64,000 nucleotides of DNA from NCBI GenBank assembly GCA_963707635.1, contig OY970173.1:2801489-2865488 (forward strand). The letters are read 5' to 3'. Made by a program: the position numbers and the translations under genes. Numbering within the stretch: the first letter of the stretch is position 1; the number at the start of each line of letters is the position of its first letter. Below the pieces are notes generated by a model. It saw only the letters and a list, made by a program, of their open reading frames with translations, made no database searches and had not been told where the DNA came from. This DNA is from Candidatus Latescibacterota bacterium (GTDB taxonomy: Bacteria > Krumholzibacteriota > Krumholzibacteriia > WVZY01 > JAKEHA01). Shown here piece by piece: positions 39,531 to 48,314 of this stretch.

Positions 39531-40799
39531 GTGTCGCTGCGGCTTTTCGAGGGTTTTGGGGTCGAGCTGGAGTACATGCTCGTCCACGCGGACTCGCTCG
39601 ACGTCCTCCCCGCCACCGATCAGGTCATCCTCGCCGTCGCGGGAGACTTTATCGCCGAGGTCGAGCGCGGCGCGCTCGCCTGGTCGAACGAGCTGGTCAA
39701 CCACGTCATCGAGCTCAAGACCAACGGCCCCGCGCCGCAGCTTCGCGGGCTCGACGATGCCTTCGCGCGCGACGTGGTCGAAATCCTCGCGTTGCTTCGC
39801 CCGCTCGGCGGGCGCCTGATGCCGACCGCCACCCACCCGTGGATGGACCCCGCCCGCGAGACCACGCTCTGGTCGCACGAGGAATACAACGAGGTCTATG
39901 AGGCGTTCGATCGCATCTTCGGCGTGCGGGGGCACGGATGGGCGAACCTCCAGTGCGTGCATCTCAACATTCCCTTCTACGGGGACGCCGAGTTTGCGCG
40001 GCTCCACGCCGCCATGCGTCTGCTCCTTCCGATCATCCCGGCGATCGCGGCGAGCTCGCCCATCCTGGACGGACGCCTCACCGGCCTCATGGACAGCCGG
40101 ATGCATTTCTATCGCGAGAACACGAGGAAGATTCCCTCCATCACCGGCAAGGTGATTCCCGAGCCGGTGTACTCGAAGCGCGAATACGAGGAGACGATCC
40201 TGGGGCGCATGTACGCCGATATCGCGCCGCACGACCCGGAGGAGACTCTGCGCGACGAGTGGCTGAATGCACGCGGCGCCATCGCGCGTTTCGACCGGAG
40301 TGCCATCGAGATCCGCATCATCGACATCCAGGAGTGCCCCACCGCCGACTTCGCCGTCATGCACGCGATCACCTGCGTCCTGCGCGCGCTGGTCGAAGAG
40401 AAATGGCAGCCCGCCGAGCGCCAGCAACGGTTCGACACCGACGCGCTGAATGCCGTTCTACTCGACACCACCCGCCACGCGGAAGAGGCGGCGATTCGGG
40501 ATTCCGATTACCTCGCCGCGTTCGGCTTGCACGCAACCCCGGTGAAAGCCGGCGAGCTGTGGCAGCACCTGGTCGAAACCGTGGTGGCGCCCGATGCGGA
40601 CTTCGGCGATCCGTGGTCGTCGGCGATGCGTACCATTCTGGACGAAGGCACGCTCGCGCGGCGGATCGTGCGCGCGGTCGCCCGCGAGAAGCCGGGAGCG
40701 GCGGCCCGGGCCGGCCTCGAGCGTGACACGCTCCACCGAGTCTACGCCTCGCTGTGCGACTGCCTGAAGTGGAACCGGGGCTTCCATGCCACGCCGTGA
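39531..40799 (+). CDS. Glutamate-cysteine ligase family 2 (GCS2 / YbdK-like carboxylate-amine ligase)
   Basis: GCS2-like N-terminus FGVELEYMLV; ~420 aa; GTG start 7 nt after the upstream stop. Confidence 0.65.
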   Translation: MSLRLFEGFGVELEYMLVHADSLDVLPATDQVILAVAGDFIAEVERGALAWSNELVNHVIELKTNGPAPQLRGLDDAFARDVVEILALLRPLGGRLMPTATHPWMDPARETTLWSHEEYNEVYEAFDRIFGVRGHGWANLQCVHLNIPFYGDAEFARLHAAMRLLLPIIPAIAASSPILDGRLTGLMDSRMHFYRENTRKIPSITGKVIPEPVYSKREYEETILGRMYADIAPHDPEETLRDEWLNARGAIARFDRSAIEIRIIDIQECPTADFAVMHAITCVLRALVEEKWQPAERQQRFDTDALNAVLLDTTRHAEEAAIRDSDYLAAFGLHATPVKAGELWQHLVETVVAPDADFGDPWSSAMRTILDEGTLARRIVRAVAREKPGAAARAGLERDTLHRVYASLCDCLKWNRGFHATP

Positions 40800-41511
40800 C
40801 CGCGGCCGGCGCGACCTTGCGATCGTCGTGAGCTGCGAGCACGGCGGACATCGCGTCCCCGCGCACTACCGTTCGCTTTTCAAGGGCCACGAGCGCGTTC
40901 TAGCTTCGCACCGGGGGTGGGACCCGGGAGCGCTGGTGCTGGCGCGCGCGATCGCGCGCGTGTGCGGCGCCCGGCTGGTCGCCACCACGACCTCGCGCTT
41001 GTTGGTCGAATGCAACCGCTCGATCGGGCACCCGCAGCTCTTCTCCGAGTTCACGCGCCGACTCCCGCCCAACGAGCGCACACGCCTCCTGGAGCGCTAC
41101 TACCGCCCCCATCGCCGCGCGGTCGAAGAAGCGATCACCCGCGCGCTCGAGTCGCACAAACGCGTGTTGCACGTCGGCGTGCATACGTTCACGCCGGTCT
41201 TGAACGGCGTGCGGCGACGCGCCGACGTCGGCCTGCTCTACGACCCGAAGCGCCCGTTCGAGCACGCGGTGGCCGACTCCCTCGTCGTCCACCTCGGCCT
41301 GCGCGCGCCCGCGCTGGTTGTCCGCAGGAACTATCCGTATCGCGGCTGGTCCGACGGCCTGACCACGGCGCTGCGTTCGTGGCTCCCCCGCGGCCGCTAC
41401 GCCGGCATCGAGCTGGAAGTGAACCAGGCGCTCGCCGCCGGAAACGCCCACGCCTGGTCGGCGACGCGGCGCCGGATCGCGGCGTCGTTTCGGGACGCCT
41501 TTCTGGACTGA
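40786..41511 (+). CDS. N-formylglutamate amidohydrolase family protein
   Basis: LAIVVSCEHGGHRVP (metal-binding EHGG-type motif) and later HVGVHTFTP, typical of the formylglutamate-amidohydrolase fold; overlaps the upstream gene by 14 nt. Confidence 0.6.
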   Translation: MPRRDRGRRDLAIVVSCEHGGHRVPAHYRSLFKGHERVLASHRGWDPGALVLARAIARVCGARLVATTTSRLLVECNRSIGHPQLFSEFTRRLPPNERTRLLERYYRPHRRAVEEAITRALESHKRVLHVGVHTFTPVLNGVRRRADVGLLYDPKRPFEHAVADSLVVHLGLRAPALVVRRNYPYRGWSDGLTTALRSWLPRGRYAGIELEVNQALAAGNAHAWSATRRRIAASFRDAFLD

Positions 41512-41578
41512 GTCCGGAAAAGAGCGAAGCCCGCCGGCGCACCGACGGGCTTCGTCGCACAGAGTCTCACCGGCGAGC

Positions 41579-42226
41579 CTAGATACCGACCCCGACCCCT
41601 ACGCTCACAAATGGTTCACCGCTATCGTACGGTGAGTTGTCGTCCTGGAGGACGTCGAAGAGCACTTCGACCGTCAACGCGGTGCGAGGGCTGATCCGCT
41701 GGACCACCCCCCCGCCGACCAGGAGAAATGGCACCCATGTGCGATCTGTCTCCTGGCCGGAGATCTGGTACTCATAGCTCATGTAGTCGAATTCGGCGTG
41801 CCCGTAGAAGCGCGGCACCGGAAAGAAACGGGCGAAGACACCGCCGCCGTAATTGCTCGCCGTGACCTTCTTGCCGTAACTTTCGTCTTCGACGTATTCG
41901 TATGTCGCCTCGACGCCGACCGCCACTCGCGGCGTAAGCATCATGCCAATCATCGGTGAGATGCTGATGCTCGTGTAGTCACCAAACGTCGCGCCGACCG
42001 TTCCGCCGTAGAAAATGTCTCGCTTCTTCTTCGGCTTCTCCGCGGGCGGAGGCGCCTGGGTCGCCGCGGCGGTAGACGCAGCGGCGGGCGCCGGTGCGAT
42101 GGCCGCCGGAGCGGCGGTCGAATCAACGATCGTCGAATCGACCGTCGCCGATTCCGTCTGGGCGGACGCGTTCGCGGCGAGCAGAATCGTGAACATGACC
42201 GGGACGAGCGCGATTGATGACTTCAT
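41579..42226 (-). CDS. Small secreted protein, probable outer-membrane beta-barrel
   Basis: Signal peptide (MKSSIALVPVMFTILLAANASA) after GGAGGAACC; Ala/Pro-rich linker; alternating aromatic/Gly-rich C-terminal strands. Confidence 0.55.
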   Translation of the reverse strand: MKSSIALVPVMFTILLAANASAQTESATVDSTIVDSTAAPAAIAPAPAAASTAAATQAPPPAEKPKKKRDIFYGGTVGATFGDYTSISISPMIGMMLTPRVAVGVEATYEYVEDESYGKKVTASNYGGGVFARFFPVPRFYGHAEFDYMSYEYQISGQETDRTWVPFLLVGGGVVQRISPRTALTVEVLFDVLQDDNSPYDSGEPFVSVGVGVGI

Positions 42227-42430
42227 GGTTCCTCCACCTTCTCGCATGAACATGAAAGGCCGGACAATCGCCACAGTACGCCGATACAGGGACCGAGTCA
42301 CGACTTTTTCCGCGGGCCGTGGCCACAAGACCGCGACCCCATGCGACCCGCGTTTTTTCGTATTCCCTTTCATTTTCCCCTGTGATAAGTTTTCAACCGA
42401 TTCGTGACTGTAACCCTTGGAGGTCAACGC

Positions 42431-42871
42431 GTGAAACGCTTTTGCATTCTTGTCACTGGACTGTTTCTCGTCGCCACCGAAGCCGCGCCTGCATTTGCCG
42501 GCGTCGGGTTTCACATCGGGGGAACGATCGACCCGGATATGTTCCTGATCGGCGCACGCTTCAGGAGCCGCCCCCTCGCAGAGGCGATTTACGTGGTCCC
42601 CAACGCCGAGGCGGGCTTCGGCAGCGACATCCTCATGATCGGCGGCAACCTGGACGGCTACTATTCCTTCAAGACCAGCTCTGAGCTCCGGCCGTATATC
42701 GGCGGCGGCATCACGCTCAACTGGTTCGACTTCGACAACGGCGGGAGCGACACCGAGTTTGGCGGGAGCATTCTCGGCGGAATCTATGTCAAACCAACGC
42801 TCTTCTTCGAGACCAAGTGGGGACTGGGAGACGTTCCCGACTGGAAGTTCTACGTCGGCTGGAACAAGTAG
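42431..42871 (+). CDS. Small outer-membrane beta-barrel-like protein
   Basis: GTG start preceded by GGAGG; signal peptide (VKRFCILVTGLFLVATEAAPAFA); Gly/aromatic-rich strands ending ...WKFYVGWNK. Confidence 0.55.
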   Translation: MKRFCILVTGLFLVATEAAPAFAGVGFHIGGTIDPDMFLIGARFRSRPLAEAIYVVPNAEAGFGSDILMIGGNLDGYYSFKTSSELRPYIGGGITLNWFDFDNGGSDTEFGGSILGGIYVKPTLFFETKWGLGDVPDWKFYVGWNK

Positions 42872-42916
42872 GCTGGCGTCCACCTGCTCCAGGGGTCCGA
42901 TAAGCCCCGAGACAAA

Positions 42917-42945
42917 CGGCCCACGTCGAAGGACGCGGGCCGTTT
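42917..42945. terminator. GC-rich hairpin plus T-run, immediately followed by a tRNA-Lys 3'-end-like decamer
   Basis: cggcccacgtc-gaag-gacgcgggccg followed by ttt, then cagttggtgcg, which matches the trailer and 3' terminus of tRNA-Lys. Confidence 0.4.
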
Positions 42946-42966
42946 CAGTTGGTGCGTCCCCCAGCG

Positions 42967-43959
42967 TCAGCGATTGACGAGCCCCAGCATCTTCGGATCG
43001 TAGCGACCGCCCACGACGGCGCCCTTCGGCGAGGCCTCTTCGATGCGCGCGATATCCGCGTCGCCGAGCTCGACATCGACCGCCGCTATGTTCTCTTCCA
43101 ACCGCGCGATGCTGCTCGTACCCGGAATCGGGATGATGTCGTCGCGCCGGTGCAGCAGCCAGGCCAGGGCGAGTTGGGCCGGCGTGCAGCCTTTCTTCGC
43201 CGCCACTTCCCTTACCCTTTCGGCAATCGCCAGGTTCTTCGCAAAATTTTCGCCCTGGAACCGCGGGTTGTTGCGACGCCAGTCGTCGGGACTCAAGTCC
43301 TCGACCCCTCGAAAGCGTCCACCCAGGAATCCGCGGCCGAGGGGGCTGTACGCGATCAGCGCAATGCCTAGCTCCTCCAGGGTCGATAGCATCTCGAGTT
43401 CCGGGTCCCGGGTGAACAGAGAGTATTCATTCTGCACCGACGCCAGCGGATGAACCGCGTGCGCGCGGCGAGCCGTGGCTACCGACGGCTCCGACAATCC
43501 GATGTGCCTCACCTTTCCCTCGCGCACGAGCTCTGCCATCGCACCGACGGTCTCCTCGATCGGCACGGACGTGTCGACGCGGTGCAACTGATAGAGATCG
43601 ATGTATTCGACGCCCAGGCGTTTGAGCGAAGACTCGCACGCCTGGCGCACGTACTTCGCGCTGCCGTCGACGGGGCGCCCGGCGGCTGCCCCTCCGCGCG
43701 CGAAACCGAACTTCGTGGCGAGGATCACACGCTCACGCCGGCCCCTGATGGCCTTGCCCACCTTGAGCTCCGAGTCGCCGTAGATGTCGGCGGTGTCGAG
43801 GAACGTGAGACCCAGATCGAGGGCACGGTGAATGAGCGCCATGGCCTCATCGTCGTTCTTCACGCTGCTGGTATACGTATCCGCGATGCCAATGCTCATG
43901 CAGCCGAGACCCAGAGCCGACACCTCGGGGCCGCTGCGGCCGAGTTTTCGATGCTTCAT
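42967..43959 (-). CDS. Aldo/keto reductase
   Basis: LGCMSIG...DTADIYG...ILATKFG...DLYQLH pattern typical of the aldo/keto-reductase family; 330 aa. Confidence 0.8.
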   Translation of the reverse strand: MKHRKLGRSGPEVSALGLGCMSIGIADTYTSSVKNDDEAMALIHRALDLGLTFLDTADIYGDSELKVGKAIRGRRERVILATKFGFARGGAAAGRPVDGSAKYVRQACESSLKRLGVEYIDLYQLHRVDTSVPIEETVGAMAELVREGKVRHIGLSEPSVATARRAHAVHPLASVQNEYSLFTRDPELEMLSTLEELGIALIAYSPLGRGFLGGRFRGVEDLSPDDWRRNNPRFQGENFAKNLAIAERVREVAAKKGCTPAQLALAWLLHRRDDIIPIPGTSSIARLEENIAAVDVELGDADIARIEEASPKGAVVGGRYDPKMLGLVNR

Positions 43960-44046
43960 ATTGCTGCCTCCTGGTCACACGTATGATATCGGCACAGAAT
44001 CGAAAATGCAAACGGCCACGTCCGCGCCGACGTGGGCCGTTTTAGT

Positions 44047-44106
44047 TGGTGCGCCGCGAAAGACTCGAACCTTCAACCACCTGATCAAGAGTCAGATGCT
44101 CTACCA
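44047..44106 (-). repeat. tRNA-Lys 3' fragment (~60 nt) with its own upstream hairpin
   Basis: tggtgcgccgcgaaagactcgaaccttcaaccacctgatcaagagtcagatgctctacca matches the 3' 60 nt of tRNA-Lys (47455..47529) with two mismatches, then diverges; preceded by hairpin cggccacgtc...gacgtgggccg plus tttt. Confidence 0.7.
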
Positions 44107-44270
44107 CGCACGCTGGCCCTCGGGCCTGCGTGCGTGATAGACTTATATCCAACGCGAGAGCCTCCTACCGACGCTCCCGCCTGATCGTCGACATCCGAAC
44201 GTCGGCCGGGTGTAGTTATGTGTTCTTCGGCGGCCACCGACTCCGCCCCCGAATACGCAGGAGGCCGTCC

Positions 44271-46682
44271 ATGCGCTCGTTTCTCCTCTCCCTGTCGATC
44301 ACTGTCAGCCTGTTTCCCGTCGCCGCGAGCGCCCAGTGGGGGCTCGACGGGGCTCCGATCTGCACCGCGTGGAACAGCCAGTACTCCCCGGACATTGTCT
44401 CCGACGGCGCGGGCGGAGCGATCATTGCCTGGTACGACTACCGTTTGAGCAGCCTGGATATCTACGTGCAGCGGGTAAACGCTCTAGGGATTCCGCAGTG
44501 GACAGCCAACGGTGTCGCACTGTGTTCGGCCGCCAACGAACAGTACTACCCGGTCGTCGTCTCCGACGGCGCGGGCGGAGCGATCGTCGCGTGGTACGAC
44601 GGCCGCGGAAGTAGCTACGATATCTACGCGCGGCGAATCAACTCGTCGGGGGTTCCCCAGTGGGCAGCCGACGGCGTCGCCCTCACAACCGCGGCGAACG
44701 GCCAGTTCAGCCCCACCATAGTTTCCGATGGTGCCGGAGGAGCGATCGTCGCATGGTACGATTTCAGCAGCGGATCCGATTACGACATCTACGCGCGGCG
44801 GATCAACGCGTCGGGAACTCCCCAGTGGACCGCCAACGGTGTCGCCCTCTGCACCGCTCTTAACGACCAGGCCTATCCCAACCTCGTCTCCGACGGCGCG
44901 GGCGGAGCGATCGTCGTGTGGAGTGACTATCGATCCGGCGCAGGCGACATCTACGCGCGACGGATCAATGCATCGGGGACGCCGCAATGGACCGCCAACG
45001 GCGTCGCCCTTTGCAGCACGGTCGGAGATCAGGCGCACCCCGCCATCGCCGTGGATGGCGCGGGCGGAGCTATCGTGGCATGGGACGACCGTCGCGGCGG
45101 ACCGAACTCGGATCTCTATATCCAGCGCGTGAACGCGTCGGGAACGCCGCAGTGGGCCCCCAACGGCGTCGCCATGTGCACCGCCATGAACGATCAGGAG
45201 TACCCCGCCATCACCCTCGACGGAGCGGGCGGTGCGATCGTGGCCTGGGAGGACTTCCGCAGCGGATTCGACCACGACATTTTCGCCCAGCGGATGGTCG
45301 CCTCGGGATCTCCCCAGTGGGCCGATAACGGCGTTGCCGTTGCCATCGCACCGAACTCGACATATCTGCCTACCATGGTTTCCGATGGCACCGGTGGTGC
45401 AATTCTAGCGTGGCAGGACGACCGCAACGGGTTCGACTTCTCCGACGTCTACATGCAACGGCTCGATGCGCTCGGGAACGCCCAGTGGACCCCCAACGGA
45501 GCCGTGATCTCGAGCGCGGTCGGTCACCAATACGACCTGGCGTTGATCACCGACGGTGCCGGAGGAGCGACGGTCGCCTGGACGGATGACCGCAGCAGTT
45601 TCTACAGCACCCACATCTACGCCCAGCGAGTCGAAGATCACTATGGGTACTGGGGGCACCCGGAGCCCGTCGTCAAGTCGGTCGCCGACATTCCGAAAGA
45701 CAACGGCGGAAGGGTCGCACTCAACTGGACGCCGAGTGGGCGCGACCTCTCGAACCCGCGCACGGTCGATCATTACACGATCTGGCGCGCGGTCGACGTC
45801 ATCCCGGCCCCGGTCTCGAACGCGACCGCGGTCTTGACCGACATTGCGAATGTGGGCGAGACCGCGGACGGACCGGTGTACGCGGTACTTCCTTCTTTGT
45901 CCGGCTACTACTGGGAGCTGGTGGGAACGCAGTCCGCGAACGCCTGGTCCGGGTACTCGTTCTCCACCTCGACGCGTGCCGATTCGGTCGCCGGGAATTC
46001 GGGAACCGAGACCTTCATGGTGGCGGCGCACCTCCAGTACGACTCCTATGTCGCGTTCCCGTCGAACGTGATGAGCGGCCACTCCGTCGATAACCTGGCT
46101 CCCGCCGCCCCGCTGATGCTCACAGCGCTGCGTGCCGGCGCCGACGTGCACTTGCAATGGAATCGCGTGCGCGTCCCTGACCTGCGCGACTACTCGCTGT
46201 ATCGCGCCACGTCCACCGGTGTGACCCCCGTGCCGATCAACTTCCTCGCGTCGGCCGAGGAGACGTTGCTGGTCGACGCAGGCGCGCCGTCCTCCGCGCT
46301 TTACTACATCGTGACCGCTATCGACGTGCACCACAACCAGGGTCCACCGTCGAATGAGGCCAGTGTCGGTGCGCTGACTGGCATCGGAAACACACCACCG
46401 ATCGCCGCCCTGACCGTGCTCGAGAACGTGCCAAATCCGTTCAATTCCCGAACGACATTGCGCGTCGGCCTGCCGCGGGCGAGCGAACTGGAGGTCGAGG
46501 TGTACGACGTCTCCGGCAGGCGGATCCGGGACGAACGGACCGCGGCGCTCGGGGCGGGTTGGCGAGAGGTTCCCTTCGAGGCGCGGAGCACAAACGGGAG
46601 TGTGCTCCCGAGCGGAGTCTATTTCTATCGCGTGACGGCAGCGGGACAGTCCGTCAGGGGCAAGATGGTGATCGCCAGGTAG
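44271..46682 (+). CDS. Secreted tandem-repeat protein (about nine ~55-aa repeats) with FN3-like region and T9SS-type C-terminal sorting domain
   Basis: ATG after GGAGG; signal peptide (MRSFLLSLSITVSLFPVAASAQ); repeats of the form ...PQWTANGVALC...VSDGAGGAIVAW.D.R....DIYA.R.NASG.; a HSVDNLAPAAP segment; C-terminus LENVPNPFNSRTTLRV...VYDVSGRRIR...SGVYFYRV...GKMVIAR. Confidence 0.7.
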   Translation: MRSFLLSLSITVSLFPVAASAQWGLDGAPICTAWNSQYSPDIVSDGAGGAIIAWYDYRLSSLDIYVQRVNALGIPQWTANGVALCSAANEQYYPVVVSDGAGGAIVAWYDGRGSSYDIYARRINSSGVPQWAADGVALTTAANGQFSPTIVSDGAGGAIVAWYDFSSGSDYDIYARRINASGTPQWTANGVALCTALNDQAYPNLVSDGAGGAIVVWSDYRSGAGDIYARRINASGTPQWTANGVALCSTVGDQAHPAIAVDGAGGAIVAWDDRRGGPNSDLYIQRVNASGTPQWAPNGVAMCTAMNDQEYPAITLDGAGGAIVAWEDFRSGFDHDIFAQRMVASGSPQWADNGVAVAIAPNSTYLPTMVSDGTGGAILAWQDDRNGFDFSDVYMQRLDALGNAQWTPNGAVISSAVGHQYDLALITDGAGGATVAWTDDRSSFYSTHIYAQRVEDHYGYWGHPEPVVKSVADIPKDNGGRVALNWTPSGRDLSNPRTVDHYTIWRAVDVIPAPVSNATAVLTDIANVGETADGPVYAVLPSLSGYYWELVGTQSANAWSGYSFSTSTRADSVAGNSGTETFMVAAHLQYDSYVAFPSNVMSGHSVDNLAPAAPLMLTALRAGADVHLQWNRVRVPDLRDYSLYRATSTGVTPVPINFLASAEETLLVDAGAPSSALYYIVTAIDVHHNQGPPSNEASVGALTGIGNTPPIAALTVLENVPNPFNSRTTLRVGLPRASELEVEVYDVSGRRIRDERTAALGAGWREVPFEARSTNGSVLPSGVYFYRVTAAGQSVRGKMVIAR

Positions 46683-46766
46683 CGCCGCGCCGCCTCAAAT
46701 GCTGCCGGGTCGAAAAGTGCCACAAGAGTGACGGGCCACGCCTGTGTCGACGTGGCCCGTTTCAGT

Positions 46767-46807
46767 TGGTGCGCCGCGAAGGACTCGAACCTTTAGCCAC
46801 CTGATTA
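46767..46807 (-). repeat. tRNA-Lys 3' fragment (~41 nt) with its own upstream hairpin
   Basis: tggtgcgccgcgaaggactcgaacctttagccacctgatta matches the tRNA-Lys 3' part with two mismatches; preceded by hairpin gggccacg...cgtggccc plus gttt. Confidence 0.7.
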
Positions 46808-46938
46808 TGCGTGTGTCCGGCTGACACCCCTCAACTTGATAAATCGTGCGGGGCACGCTATGCTGAACTCCGGATGCCAGACGGCCCCGGGCACGTTGGC
46901 GCATAATCCATCACGCAGGTCACCGGAGGAATCCCGTT

Positions 46939-47391
46939 ATGAAGACAATGCTTCGCCTGTTTCTCATGCTTGCAAGCGTCGTGACGCTTGTCGTCCATCT
47001 CGGTTGTTCCAACTCCGGTGGCACTAGCGCCGTCGGCAAGACCCTCTATGAGCAGTTGGGGGGCGAAGACGGCGTAACCCGACTCGCCAACCAGTTCGGC
47101 ACCAGCCTCCAGGCCGACCCCGATCTGTCCCAGCTCTTGAGCGCAGAGGTGATTGAAAACGCCAAGGCCGGCCTGACCAACGACATCAAGAAGGCGAGCA
47201 ACATGAGCGCTGGCGACATGTCACTCGACAGCGCACTCAAAGACCAGAAGCTCGATGCCAACACCCTCGCCGGCGTCAACAATGCAATCGTCCAGGCCGC
47301 GAAGGGCATGAACCTCAGCCAGGCGACGACCGATGGCCTCACGAACCTGATCAAGCCGCTCGCCCACAGTGTGCTGGAGCCGAAATTGTAG
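46939..47391 (+). CDS. Lipoprotein, function unknown
   Basis: Signal peptide plus lipobox (MKTMLRLFLMLASVVTLVVHLGC). The N-terminal LYEQLGG motif recalls globin-like proteins, but no well-placed proximal His, so no globin call. Confidence 0.5.
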   Translation: MKTMLRLFLMLASVVTLVVHLGCSNSGGTSAVGKTLYEQLGGEDGVTRLANQFGTSLQADPDLSQLLSAEVIENAKAGLTNDIKKASNMSAGDMSLDSALKDQKLDANTLAGVNNAIVQAAKGMNLSQATTDGLTNLIKPLAHSVLEPKL

Positions 47392-47407
47392 GAGGCTCGC
47401 CAGGACA

Positions 47408-47451
47408 GGAGAAGAAACGGCCCGCATCTTTCGATGCGGGCCGTTCTTGTT
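47408..47451. terminator. Bidirectional intrinsic terminator between the lipoprotein gene and tRNA-Lys
   Basis: cggcccgcatc-tttc-gatgcgggccg with T-run on the plus strand (ttcttgtt) and U-run on the minus strand (revcomp of ggagaagaaa). Confidence 0.55.
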
Positions 47452-47454
47452 AGT

Positions 47455-47529
47455 TGGTGCGCCGCGAAGGACTCGAACCTTCAACCACCTGATTAAGAGT
47501 CAGATGCTCTACCATTGAGCTAGCAGCGC
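47455..47529 (-). tRNA. tRNA-Lys (anticodon CTT), CCA encoded
   Basis: Hand-folded from the minus strand: acceptor GCGCUGC / GCGGCGC, anticodon arm UCUGA-CUCUUAA-UCAGG (anticodon CUU), T-arm GAAGG-UUCGAGU-CCUUC, discriminator A, CCA. Confidence 0.85.
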
Positions 47530-47545
47530 ATTATTTTCGAACCGA

Positions 47546-47980
47546 CTAGAAAGGAAGGTCGTCGTCGGTGCTCGCCGCCGCCTGCGGAGCCGGTTCCGCC
47601 GCGAAGTCCTGCGGCACAAAGTCACTGCTGCCGCCGCCACCTTCGCCCGCCCGGCCCAGCATGGTCATGTTGTTGGCGACCACTTCGGTCGTGGATCGCT
47701 TTTGACCCTGCTGGTCCTCCCACTGGCGTGTCTGCAACCGGCCCTCGATGTAGACCTGCTTCCCCTTCTTCAAGTACTGCTGGCAGATCTCCGCGAGCTT
47801 GCCCCACGCGACGATGCGATGCCATTCGGTCCGCTCCTCTTTCTCGCCGCTCTTGTTGGTGAAGCGTTCCGACGTCGCAATGTTGAAGTTCGCAACCGCC
47901 GTCCCCTGCGGTGTATACCGCACGGTCGGGTCGCTGCCGAGATTGCCGATCAGAATAACCTTGTTCACCCCACTCATCAC
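47546..47980 (-). CDS. ssb: Single-stranded DNA-binding protein
   Basis: OB-fold N-terminus ([34 protein letters not shown]...[13 protein letters not shown]), Gly-rich linker and acidic C-terminal tail ending DDDLPF. Confidence 0.85.
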   Translation of the reverse strand: MMSGVNKVILIGNLGSDPTVRYTPQGTAVANFNIATSERFTNKSGEKEERTEWHRIVAWGKLAEICQQYLKKGKQVYIEGRLQTRQWEDQQGQKRSTTEVVANNMTMLGRAGEGGGGSSDFVPQDFAAEPAPQAAASTDDDLPF

Positions 47981-48112
47981 AAACCTCCCATTCTTTCAGT
48001 AGCTTGTCCGGGCGGGCCAATCCCCGCCCCGGACTTCATTTATACCGGATGGGGGCCGCGGGGTCAAGGGCCGCCCCGGCGCGCCGTGCCTCTGGACTGA
48101 AGGGGGAGGAAT

Positions 48113-48190
48113 GGGGTGGATGATGGGACTCGAACCCACGACAACCGGATCCACAATCCGGGGCTCTAACCAGCTGAGCTACACCCACCA
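48113..48190 (-). tRNA. tRNA-His (anticodon GTG) with encoded G-1 and CCA
   Basis: Hand-folded: acceptor GUGGGUG / CAUCCAC, anticodon arm CCGGA-UUGUGGA-UCCGG (anticodon GUG), T-arm GUGGG-UUCGAGU-CCCAU, discriminator C, extra 5' G (-1) as expected for tRNA-His. Confidence 0.85.
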
Positions 48191-48314
48191 CCGTGTGACG
48201 CCGAATCCTAAGGCCCGCGACCGCGTGTGTCAAGGCAGCCCCGGCACCGGGAATAAGCAGCGGGTCGTGTGGTACAATCCGACCTCGAAATTCTACTAAT
48301 CAGGAGGCGTCATC

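Noticed and set aside
46939-47391. Truncated-hemoglobin assignment for the lipoprotein
   Set aside because: Only the N-terminal LYEQLGG motif resembles globins; a proximal His at the expected position was not found, so the globin call is withheld.
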